Positions 8,911 through 16,354 of a stretch of 39,384 bases of DNA are shown in pieces (the first letter of the stretch is position 1; the number at the start of each line of letters is the position of its first letter). This stretch comes from Oscillospiraceae bacterium (GTDB lineage Bacteria > Bacillota > Clostridia > Saccharofermentanales > UBA5734), in assembly GCA_012521915.1 (NCBI GenBank), contig JAAYLM010000001.1, positions 1 to 39,384 on the forward strand, in the 5' to 3' direction. Made by a program: the position numbers and the translations under genes. The notes beneath the pieces were generated by a model that was not told where the DNA came from, did not search any database, and was given only the letters and a program-made list of their open reading frames with translations.

Positions 8911-10855
8911 AGCTTTTCCTCCCGTGCATGTCACGTTTTTTTTCGTATTCAGCCGTTGTCAGGCGGCATAAAATCAGGCCACAAAGAGGTGGTATATCCA
9001 AGAGAAGCTGGTCCGGTCCGTTCTGCCAGCCTTCGACCGGTTGGCTCTTCTGTAGGTTGATGTCCTGAAGGCGGACGGTTTCGAAGAGGCTGCTGCCCGC
9101 AGGATAACCGCTACCGCCGAAACGGGGTTCGGCGCTGTTGAGCAGAAGCTCATAACAGCCGGCCGCGGGCACCGTCAGGGTGTAGGCAGGCAGCGGCGCC
9201 GGGGTCATGTTGAGGATGACAATCAGCATCTGCCCGTCTGTACGTCCACGTCGGTAGCTGTATAGCGAATTGGCCGCGTCGTCAGCGTTCAGCCAGGCAA
9301 AGCCGTCCCAACTGTCATCATCAGCCCAGAGGCCTGGCCGGTCCAGATACAGGTGGTTGAGTTCGCGCACAAATCCCTGCAGACTTCGGTGGCTTTCGTA
9401 TGCCAGCAAAAACCATTCCAGCTGCTCATAATAGCGCCATTCGAGAAACTGGCCGAACTCACCACCCATGAACTGCAGCTTGCCTCCCGGGTGGGTCATC
9501 TGGTAGGTAAACAACACCCGCAGGCAGGCAAAACGCTGCCAGTAATCGCCTGGCATGCGGTCGATCAGGCTTTTTTTCCCGTGAACCACCTCATCGTGCG
9601 ATAATGGCAGGACAAAATGTTCAGAAAAAGCGTAAGTGAGCGAAAAGGTCAACTGATTGTGGTGCCAGCGGCGATAGGTGTAGTCGCGGCTCATATAATC
9701 CAGTGTATCGTGCATCCAGCCCATATTCCATTTATGGGTAAAGCCGAGCCCGTCCTGGGCGACCGGTCTGGTCACCCCGGGCCAGGGGGTCGCTTCTTCT
9801 GCGATCATCAGGACATGTGGTTTTTTCTTGCGGATCAGGCCGTTCAGCTCCTGCAGCAGTCTGATGGCCTCCAGGTTCGCTACTCCGCCATGCTGATTGG
9901 GCAGATAGTCGCTGCGGCCGAAATTCAAGAAGAGCATGCAGGAGACCGCGTCAATTCGCAGGCCATCGATGTGGAATTCGTCCAGCCAGAACCAGGCGTT
10001 GGAGATGAGAAAAGAACGCACTTCCAGTTTGCTGAAGTCAAAAACATAAGTGCCCCACTGCTGCTGTTCGCCCAGACGCGTATCAGCGTGTTCGTACAAG
10101 GGGGTGCCATCGAAACGGGCCAGGCCGAATGCGTCACGCGGGAAATGAGCCGGCACCCAATCCAGAATCACCCGGATCCCCTGTTGATGCAGGCAGTCGA
10201 CCAGGTATTTGAAATCAGCGGGTGTGCCGTGGCGGCTGGTGACACTGTAGTAGCCGGTTACCTGGTAGCCCCAGGATTCATCCAGCGGGTGCTCCATGAC
10301 GGGCAGCAGCTCAACAGCGTTATAGCCCATACCGGCAGCATAGTCAGCCAGCTCACGGCCCAGGTCGCGATAGTTGACAAAAGACCCGTCGGCATGACGT
10401 TTCCAGGAGCCAAGATGCACTTCGTAAATGTTAAGCGGGGCAGCAGCAAGCGCGTCCGGCCGGCTGGCCATCCAGACATGATCCTGCCATGTATAATCGG
10501 CTGGATCATAAAGTATTGACGCGTTGGCCGGTCGTGTTTCACTATGGCGCGCGTAAGGGTCCGCCTTCAGTGTAACAAGGCCTTGCTTATCTGCAACGGC
10601 ATATTTGTATCGGTCATGGCAGGCTGCGTTTTGGCTGAATCCGGTCCAGATACCGGTCTTGCCCAAGCGTTGCAGCGGTGTCGCCAAAGGATCCCAGTCA
10701 TTAAATGACCCCACTACGGAAACAGACTGGGCAGACGGCGCCCAGACAGCAAAATGGAACCCAGTTTGCCCCGCCGGATCGGCTGCCGGTCTGGAACCAA
10801 GAAGATGATAACTCATGTAGTCCTGTCCCTGGTTGAACAGATAGGCCTGGTTCAT
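8897..10855 (-). CDS. glgB: 1,4-alpha-glucan branching enzyme
   Basis: 652 aa. It has a GH13 branching-enzyme layout with an N-terminal CBM48-like region, DWVPAHF, GLRIDAV, AEEAT and SHDEVVHGK motifs. Confidence 0.92.
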   Translation of the reverse strand: MNQAYLFNQGQDYMSYHLLGSRPAADPAGQTGFHFAVWAPSAQSVSVVGSFNDWDPLATPLQRLGKTGIWTGFSQNAACHDRYKYAVADKQGLVTLKADPYARHSETRPANASILYDPADYTWQDHVWMASRPDALAAAPLNIYEVHLGSWKRHADGSFVNYRDLGRELADYAAGMGYNAVELLPVMEHPLDESWGYQVTGYYSVTSRHGTPADFKYLVDCLHQQGIRVILDWVPAHFPRDAFGLARFDGTPLYEHADTRLGEQQQWGTYVFDFSKLEVRSFLISNAWFWLDEFHIDGLRIDAVSCMLFLNFGRSDYLPNQHGGVANLEAIRLLQELNGLIRKKKPHVLMIAEEATPWPGVTRPVAQDGLGFTHKWNMGWMHDTLDYMSRDYTYRRWHHNQLTFSLTYAFSEHFVLPLSHDEVVHGKKSLIDRMPGDYWQRFACLRVLFTYQMTHPGGKLQFMGGEFGQFLEWRYYEQLEWFLLAYESHRSLQGFVRELNHLYLDRPGLWADDDSWDGFAWLNADDAANSLYSYRRGRTDGQMLIVILNMTPAPLPAYTLTVPAAGCYELLLNSAEPRFGGSGYPAGSSLFETVRLQDINLQKSQPVEGWQNGPDQLLLDIPPLCGLILCRLTTAEYEKKRDMHGRKSYGAN

Positions 10856-10924
10856 TCTGCTACCCCTGTCCGCATGACCTGGCGGCAGGCCTGCTTAATG
10901 GCCACAGCTGGTTCACGCACCTTC

Positions 10925-10952
10925 ATTATACCGTATTTATGTGGCCAGACAA
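10925..10952 (-). promoter_or_regulatory. Candidate sigma-A promoter of the glg operon (TTGTCT-16-TATAAT)
   Basis: The minus-strand sense reads ...TTGTCTggccacataaatacggTATAATgaagg about 70 nt upstream of the glgB ATG. Consensus match by eye only. Confidence 0.35.
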
Positions 10953-10956
10953 AGAC

Positions 10957-10980
10957 AAAGAGCAGGCGATGCTGCTCTTT
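10957..10980 (-). terminator. Hairpin terminator after the oxidoreductase operon
   Basis: The minus sense reads AAAGAGCAG-catcgc-CTGCTCTTT followed by gTCTTTgTC. This is a 9-bp stem with a moderately U-rich tail, 31 nt downstream of the gamma-subunit stop. Confidence 0.45.
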
Positions 10981-11010
10981 GTCAACAGTGTCGTCCAGAT
11001 GCAGCAAACA

Positions 11011-11553
11011 TCAAGTTGGAGCGGCAAAGGCCTTCCCCTGCTCAAACAGCGCCATTTCCTGCGGAATGAGATGATGATGACGCTGCGGCAACGCGTCATA
11101 CAACGCCTTTTCAAAAGCATCGCGGCCAAAGCAGCCCGTCGCACCTGAGAGACAGCCCAACAGGATGATGGTGGCAAAGGTCATATTACCTGCTTCCGAG
11201 GCCAACCTGGAAGCTTCAATCGGTATAAAACGAATATCCTGACGTTCCGGAACGGCATGAACCAGTGAGCAGTCTGCCAGAATCAGGCCGCCCGGCCGGA
11301 CCATCTTCTCGAATTTAGCCAGAGACGGGCCGTTCAGCGCCACAAGGACATCCAGCTCATTCAGGATCGGGGACCCGATCGGATGGTCGGAAATGATGAC
11401 GCTGCAGTTGGCTGTACCGCCGCGCATTTCCGGGCCATATGAAGGCAGCCATGAGACTTCGCGGCCTTCCAGCAGCGCAGCTGTGGCGACAAATTTTCCA
11501 GCGGACAAAATGCCCTGTCCGCCAAAACCTGCCAGGAGAACAGCATATTCCAT
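11011..11553 (-). CDS. 2-oxoacid:ferredoxin oxidoreductase, gamma subunit
   Basis: 180 aa with the GFGGQGIL motif typical of OFOR gamma subunits. Its start overlaps the beta stop by 1 nt (TGATG). Confidence 0.85.
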   Translation of the reverse strand: MEYAVLLAGFGGQGILSAGKFVATAALLEGREVSWLPSYGPEMRGGTANCSVIISDHPIGSPILNELDVLVALNGPSLAKFEKMVRPGGLILADCSLVHAVPERQDIRFIPIEASRLASEAGNMTFATIILLGCLSGATGCFGRDAFEKALYDALPQRHHHLIPQEMALFEQGKAFAAPT

Positions 11554-12308
11554 CAGATCTTCACCTCGATTTCCCCACCGCGGTAGACGCCTAGCGGATA
11601 CTGCCTGATCATGGCATCATCCACCCATTTCAAGGCTGACACCGGATCCTGACCCCAGTTGGTCGGGCAAGTCGACAACAGTTCAACCATGGCAAAGCCC
11701 AGGCCAGCCTGCTGAACCTGAAAAGCCTTGCGGATCGCTTTCTTAGCCTGGTTGATATTTTTCACGCTGTTGACGGCCACTCGCTCAATGTAGACAGCGC
11801 CCTGCAGTGTCGCCAGCATTTCGCTGACGTTAATCGGATAACCCTGTGTTTCAGCGTTACGGCCGAAAGGTGATGTCGTTGTTTTCTGCCCGATCAGCGT
11901 TGTCGGAGCCATCTGTCCTGATGTCATGCCATAGACAGCATTGTTGACAAAAAAGGCGCAGATCTTCTCACCGCGGGCGGCCGCATGGACAATTTCCGCT
12001 GTCCCGATGGCTGCAAGATCGCCATCACCCTGATAGGTGAAAACCACCTGATCCGGATGGACACGCTTAATGCCCGTCGCTACGGCCGGAGCGCGACCGT
12101 GGGCAGCCTGAACCATGTCGCAGGCGAAATATTCGTAATTATTATAGGTGCAGCCAACCGGTGAAACACCAATAGCCTTTTCCAGCAGTTCCAGCTCGCA
12201 GAGCACCTCAGCAATCAGCCGGTGAATGATGCCGTGGGTACAGCCTGGACAATAATGAAACGGCTTGTCCGTCAGCCCCTCAGTCCTGGCAAATACTTTC
12301 TTTTCCAT
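11553..12308 (-). CDS. 2-oxoacid:ferredoxin oxidoreductase, beta (TPP-binding) subunit
   Basis: 251 aa with YCPGCTHG near the N-terminus and GDGD..AIG, the TPP/Mg-binding GDG motif. GAGGAG Shine-Dalgarno upstream. Confidence 0.85.
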   Translation of the reverse strand: MEKKVFARTEGLTDKPFHYCPGCTHGIIHRLIAEVLCELELLEKAIGVSPVGCTYNNYEYFACDMVQAAHGRAPAVATGIKRVHPDQVVFTYQGDGDLAAIGTAEIVHAAARGEKICAFFVNNAVYGMTSGQMAPTTLIGQKTTTSPFGRNAETQGYPINVSEMLATLQGAVYIERVAVNSVKNINQAKKAIRKAFQVQQAGLGFAMVELLSTCPTNWGQDPVSALKWVDDAMIRQYPLGVYRGGEIEVKI

Positions 12309-12312
12309 TTTG

Positions 12313-13377
12313 TCAGCTCCTCACGATCGACCGGATCTTGTCCAGGATCTCTTTCTGCGTCGGCATGTTGCCGCCCGTGCGGCCATGGAAATGGACCGGC
12401 CGGGCGCCCTGCACAGCCAGACGGACATCTTCGACCATCTGACCGTTGTTCAGCTCAACATCCAGAAAAGCCTGAACTGAAGGCTGAGCGGCTGCCGCGG
12501 CAACAGCTTCCGTCGGGAACGGCCACAGGGTGATGGGCCTGATGAGGCCTACCTTGATGCCTTCTTCTTCCGCCTGCCTGATCACATTGCGGCAGATGCG
12601 GCTGCAGGTGCCGAACGCAGTCATGATCAGCTCCGCGCCGTCACAGTTCAGCATCTCCACACGCGTTTCGCGTTCGCTGATCACCTGGTACTTGGCCAGC
12701 AGCTTGTTGTTGAGCGCCTCGAGATCATCCGCCTCGATATAGATGGACTGGATGGTGTTGTGCGGCCGATTTCCGCCAGTGCCGGTCACCGCCCATGATT
12801 TATCGACTTTGTCGACAGGCTCTTCATCTCGGAATGCGACCGGTTCCATCATCTGGCCCAGGGTTCCGTCCCCCAGAACCATGGTGAGGACCCGATAGCG
12901 GTCGGCAATGTTGAAGGCCTCAACCGTCATCTCGTATAACTCCTGGACACTGGCCGGTGCCAGAACGACATTGCGGTAGTCGCCGTGACCGCCGCCCTTG
13001 GTGGCCTGAAAATAATCACCCTGGGCTGGCAAAATGCCCCCCAGACCCGGTCCGGCACGCACGATATTAACCACAACGGCAGGCAGCTCAGCACCGGCAA
13101 TATAGGAGAACCCTTCCTGCTTCAGGCTGATGCCCGGGCTGGAACTGGTGGTCATGACGCGTGCGCCGGCGGACGCAGCCCCGTAAACCATGTTGATCGC
13201 GGCAACTTCACTCTCCGCCTGGACCATGATCCCGCCTGCCTCGACCATGCGGTTGGCCATATAATGCATGATCTCAGTCTGCGGTGTGATGGGATAACCG
13301 AAATAGTGCCGGCAGCCCGCACGTACAGCCGCTTCCGCGATCACTTCATTACCTTTCATCAGAACACGTGTGCTCAT
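12313..13377 (-). CDS. 2-oxoacid:ferredoxin oxidoreductase, alpha subunit
   Basis: MSTRVLMKGNEVIAEAAVRAGC...YPITP N-terminus typical of OFOR alpha subunits. The start at 13377 forms an ATGA overlap with the delta stop. Substrate specificity (2-oxoglutarate, 2-oxoisovalerate or pyruvate) cannot be read from the sequence. Confidence 0.85.
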   Translation of the reverse strand: MSTRVLMKGNEVIAEAAVRAGCRHYFGYPITPQTEIMHYMANRMVEAGGIMVQAESEVAAINMVYGAASAGARVMTTSSSPGISLKQEGFSYIAGAELPAVVVNIVRAGPGLGGILPAQGDYFQATKGGGHGDYRNVVLAPASVQELYEMTVEAFNIADRYRVLTMVLGDGTLGQMMEPVAFRDEEPVDKVDKSWAVTGTGGNRPHNTIQSIYIEADDLEALNNKLLAKYQVISERETRVEMLNCDGAELIMTAFGTCSRICRNVIRQAEEEGIKVGLIRPITLWPFPTEAVAAAAAQPSVQAFLDVELNNGQMVEDVRLAVQGARPVHFHGRTGGNMPTQKEILDKIRSIVRS

Positions 13378-13595
13378 GACTTCTTCACCTCCCGCCAGAC
13401 TTCGATCACAGCATCCGGGCAGATGGTCGCGCAGAAAGCGCAGCCGATGCAAGATGCCATATCGCTGACGCCTGCAGGATGGAAGCCCCTGCTGTTCAGT
13501 TTATCCAGCTGCAGGGCGATAATCTTTTTCGGACAGACCGAAACACAAAGGCCGCAGCCTTTGCAGCGTTCTTCATTAATATTGATTCTTGACAT
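13374..13595 (-). CDS. 2-oxoacid:ferredoxin oxidoreductase, delta subunit (2x[4Fe-4S] ferredoxin)
   Basis: 73 aa with CKGCGLCVSVCP and CIGCAFCATICP motifs. GGGAGG Shine-Dalgarno upstream. Confidence 0.8.
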   Translation of the reverse strand: MSRININEERCKGCGLCVSVCPKKIIALQLDKLNSRGFHPAGVSDMASCIGCAFCATICPDAVIEVWREVKKS

Positions 13596-13625
13596 AGAAT
13601 GCCTCCCGGTTCATGACTTCAGACC

Positions 13626-13654
13626 ATTATAGATAATACCACAGGGAAGGACAA
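13626..13654 (-). promoter_or_regulatory. Candidate sigma-A promoter of the oxidoreductase operon (TTGTCC-17-TATAAT)
   Basis: The minus sense reads TTGTCCttccctgtggtattatcTATAATgg, about 30 nt upstream of the delta-subunit ATG. Confidence 0.45.
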
Positions 13655-13658
13655 GCAC

Positions 13659-13685
13659 AAAAAGGACCGCTGGCTGGCCTTTTTC
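13659..13685 (-). terminator. Rho-independent-type terminator after the P-loop NTPase gene
   Basis: The minus sense reads AAAAAGGCC-agccagc-GGTCCTTTTT followed by gTG. The hairpin has a U-tract and overlaps the stop codon at 13684..13686. Confidence 0.5.
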
Positions 13686-14394
13686 AGCGCAGGTAGTGAA
13701 TGGTGCGCCGCATCTTCAGCAGTGGCAGGCCATCTGGAGTCCGGGTGCCCCAGTCCGGCGGCACCACATCCGCCATAGCCGCGGCGAAGGCCACCGGAAC
13801 ACCCAGCTGCGCCGCTGCCGCCTTGACAATAACCGAGCTCTCCGTGAGCAGGCCGGCATCAGAGTCTTCCAGCAGATTGGCGTTGTGCACCAGGGCGGTC
13901 GGCGCCAGCCCGGCTGCCCGGGTCAGGATTTCCGCCTGCTGTACGATCTGGCTGCTGGTCTGGCTGAATGGACGATAGGGGTTGACCACCATGTAGACGG
14001 CCACATCGTCCACAATGTCCAGCAGGCGTTGTTTCAGTGTCGCCACGATTCGCGCGCCCAGATCCTCACCACCGATGTCCAGCACAGCATGGCGGCCGGG
14101 GTCATCGAATACACTGTAGGCTTCTGCCGGCACAGCCGGCACATCCACGTTGGTGCCCGCAAAGACCGGAGCAACGAGCCGGATGCCTGCTTCTTCCAGC
14201 ACGCGGCGCGTGTCTGCGGAACGGAAAAACGGATTGATGATATCAAGGTCGCACAAAGTGACTCTATAATCGTTACGCCGCAGCCAAAGGGTGAAGTTGA
14301 CACTGATCTCTGACTTGCCGCTGCCATAAGGTCCAATAAAAAGGGATACCCGTTTAACTTGTCCGGCCTGAAGGCCGCCAACTGATCCTGACAT
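13684..14394 (-). CDS. SIMIBI-class P-loop NTPase of unknown function (UreG/HypB-like layout)
   Basis: 236 aa. Walker A is GPYGSGKSE. The Walker B / switch region VLDIGGEDLG resembles the UreG ESGGDNL region. HNAN sits where G3E GTPases carry NKxD. AGAGGA Shine-Dalgarno lies 8 nt upstream. Confidence 0.7.
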   Translation of the reverse strand: MSGSVGGLQAGQVKRVSLFIGPYGSGKSEISVNFTLWLRRNDYRVTLCDLDIINPFFRSADTRRVLEEAGIRLVAPVFAGTNVDVPAVPAEAYSVFDDPGRHAVLDIGGEDLGARIVATLKQRLLDIVDDVAVYMVVNPYRPFSQTSSQIVQQAEILTRAAGLAPTALVHNANLLEDSDAGLLTESSVIVKAAAAQLGVPVAFAAAMADVVPPDWGTRTPDGLPLLKMRRTIHYLR

Positions 14395-14454
14395 GATGCA
14401 GATCCTCTTGTTTTTTGCCTATTGCCCTCAAATGACACACCCTTACAAGATCTC

Positions 14455-14483
14455 ACCATAGCAAGCTGCCGAATTTTTCGCAA
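14455..14483 (-). promoter_or_regulatory. Candidate promoter of the P-loop NTPase gene (TTGCGA-17-TGcTATGGT)
   Basis: The minus sense reads TTGCGAaaaattcggcagcttgcTATGGT with an extended -10 TG, in the divergent intergenic region. Confidence 0.4.
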
Positions 14484-14488
14484 GCTGA

Positions 14489-14517
14489 TTGCGCAGAGAC
14501 AATTCTTCAGTTAAACT
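14489..14517 (+). promoter_or_regulatory. Candidate promoter of oadG-oadB (TTGCGC-17-TAAACT)
   Basis: The plus strand reads TTGCGCagagacaattcttcagtTAAACT, about 95 nt upstream of the oadG ATG. The -10 element is weak. Confidence 0.3.
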
Positions 14518-14612
14518 ATAAGAGGTAAATTTTGCCTTCCGGCAAATCAGACAGCTGTCTTGCCACGATAAACGCGGTCTGTTTGGCGGTAATCGGGCTT
14601 TTGGAGGTAAGC

Positions 14613-15002
14613 ATGTTCATCATCGCAAGCAACGTCCCCTGGCTGGAAAACTATGCCACCCTGGCGGAAAAACTCTATATCGGCGTCACCATGATGCTGC
14701 TGGGCGTCACGATTGTTTTTGCTGTCTTGGTTGTGATCAGCCTTTTTGTCAGTCTGCTTTCACTGCTGATCAATACCGGTGGAAAAAGCAGTTACGGCAG
14801 GAAGGCCGGCAAAGCAGGAGAATCAGCGGCAAAACCAGCCGCAGTGACTGTCCCCGCTGCAGCAGCTGCCAGTTCCGCGGACGCACCGGCCGATGACCAG
14901 GCTATTATAGCCGTGATCACAGCCGCTGTGGCAGCCTGCCTGGCCGAAACCACCCCACGATCTTCTGCCGGTTTCACCATTCGCCGCGTAAGACGCGTCT
15001 GA
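14613..15002 (+). CDS. oadG: OadG-family protein (gamma subunit of a Na+-translocating decarboxylase)
   Basis: A single N-terminal TM helix (GVTMMLLGVTIVFAVLVVISLFVSLL), an Ala/Pro-rich linker and a C-terminal ...IIAVITAAVAACL...FTIRRVRRV tail are typical of OadG-like proteins. Start set at the ATG at 14613 with GGAGGT 5 nt upstream. The ORF-track TTG at 14532 is unlikely. Confidence 0.7.
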   Translation: MFIIASNVPWLENYATLAEKLYIGVTMMLLGVTIVFAVLVVISLFVSLLSLLINTGGKSSYGRKAGKAGESAAKPAAVTVPAAAAASSADAPADDQAIIAVITAAVAACLAETTPRSSAGFTIRRVRRV

Positions 15003-15018
15003 GACGGAGGTAGCTGTT

Positions 15019-16242
15019 TTGGAAACAACCATGACGATCATTAGTTCATTTGGCGATACCCTGGCCAATCTCTGGAAAAACTCCGGATTCAACAACATGG
15101 ACCTGGGCTCGCTGGGCATGTTGCTCATCGCCTTCGTCCTTCTCTATCTGGCCATCGTCAAGAAATTCGAGCCGCTCCTGCTGCTGCCCATAGCCTTTGG
15201 CATGATGTTGACCAATCTGCCCATGGGCGGTATTTTCCATATGTCGTTTTTCGATCCCGACTACATTGCCTCGCTGGGCTACGAAAAGGGAACCCTCATT
15301 GCCATCAATGAAGTGTTCAGCAAAGGCGGGCTTCTGGATTTCCTCTATCTGGGCATCAAGCTGGGCATTTATCCGCCGCTGATCTTCCTGGGCATCGGGG
15401 CAATGACCGACTTCGGTCCCCTGCTGGCCAATCCTCGTTCACTGTTATTGGGTGCGGCGGCACAATTTGGCATTTTCATTGCCTTTTTCCTGGCGCTTTT
15501 CCTGGGCTTCTCGCCTCAGCAGGCCGGTGCGATCGGCATTATCGGCGGTGCCGACGGCCCGACCGCGATTTTCACAGCCAAGACCCTGGCGCCTGAACTG
15601 CTGGGCGCGATCGCCGTAGCTGCCTATTCCTACATGGCACTGGTCCCGGTGATCCAGCCGCCGATCATGCGCCTGTTGACCACGAAGCGTGAACGTGGCA
15701 CCGTCATGGCCCAGCTCAGGCCTGTTTCCCGGACTGAGAAGATCATATTCCCGATCGCTGTCACCGTGCTGGTTGCCCTGATCATCCCGGATGCCCTGAC
15801 CCTGGTCGGCATGCTCATGCTGGGCAACTTGCTCAAGGAAAGCGGTGTCTGCGAACGTTTGGTCAAGACAGCCGCCAATGAACTGATGAATATTGTCACC
15901 ATTTTCCTCGGCATCACGGTTGGTGCCACGGCAACCGCTGAATATTTCCTGAACAGCCGGACACTCCTGATCATGGGGCTGGGCATCGTCGCCTTCATCT
16001 TCGGCACGGCTGCCGGTGTCCTGATCGGCAAGCTGATGTATGTGCTGAGCAAGGGCAAAGTCAATCCGCTTATCGGTGCTGCCGGTGTTTCGGCCGTTCC
16101 CATGGCCGCGCGTGTCGCCCAAAAGGAAGGACAAAGGGCGAAGCCTTCCAACTTCCTGCTGATGCATGCCATGGGACCCAACGTCGCCGGTGTTATCGGT
16201 TCCGCGATCGCAGCAGGCATCCTGCTGATGCTGCTGGGCTGA
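15019..16242 (+). CDS. oadB: Na+-translocating decarboxylase beta subunit (OadB/GcdB/MmdB family)
   Basis: 407-aa polytopic membrane protein with family-typical segments (LLLPIAFGMMLTN, GIIGGADGPTAIF, AAGVSAVPMAARV). The start is either the TTG at 15019, 8 nt after GGAGG, or the ATG at 15031. Confidence 0.9.
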   Translation: METTMTIISSFGDTLANLWKNSGFNNMDLGSLGMLLIAFVLLYLAIVKKFEPLLLLPIAFGMMLTNLPMGGIFHMSFFDPDYIASLGYEKGTLIAINEVFSKGGLLDFLYLGIKLGIYPPLIFLGIGAMTDFGPLLANPRSLLLGAAAQFGIFIAFFLALFLGFSPQQAGAIGIIGGADGPTAIFTAKTLAPELLGAIAVAAYSYMALVPVIQPPIMRLLTTKRERGTVMAQLRPVSRTEKIIFPIAVTVLVALIIPDALTLVGMLMLGNLLKESGVCERLVKTAANELMNIVTIFLGITVGATATAEYFLNSRTLLIMGLGIVAFIFGTAAGVLIGKLMYVLSKGKVNPLIGAAGVSAVPMAARVAQKEGQRAKPSNFLLMHAMGPNVAGVIGSAIAAGILLMLLG

Positions 16243-16276
16243 GAAAGCCTGAAGCAAAGAAGCGTCAGCGTTATAT

Positions 16277-16304
16277 CAGGGGATGGACATCAGTCCATCC
16301 CCTG
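16277..16304 (+). terminator. Perfect 12-bp hairpin after oadB (possible terminator or processing site; no U-tract)
   Basis: CAGGGGATGGAC-atca-GTCCATCCCCTG, 35 nt downstream of the oadB stop. It is followed by tccgattatcgga rather than a T-run, so intrinsic termination is uncertain. Confidence 0.3.
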
Positions 16305-16354
16305 TCCGATTATCGGACCTGATTGACGTTGATAAACGAAAAAAGGTAAACAAG

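Noticed and set aside
15445-16257. 270-aa ORF antisense to oadB, plus a 196-aa ORF at 15630..16220
   Set aside because: It lies entirely inside and opposite a well-supported membrane-protein gene. Its composition is biased (Gly/Asp/Arg/Gln-rich), as expected from reading a GC-rich gene backwards. It has no Shine-Dalgarno sequence and no recognisable motif.
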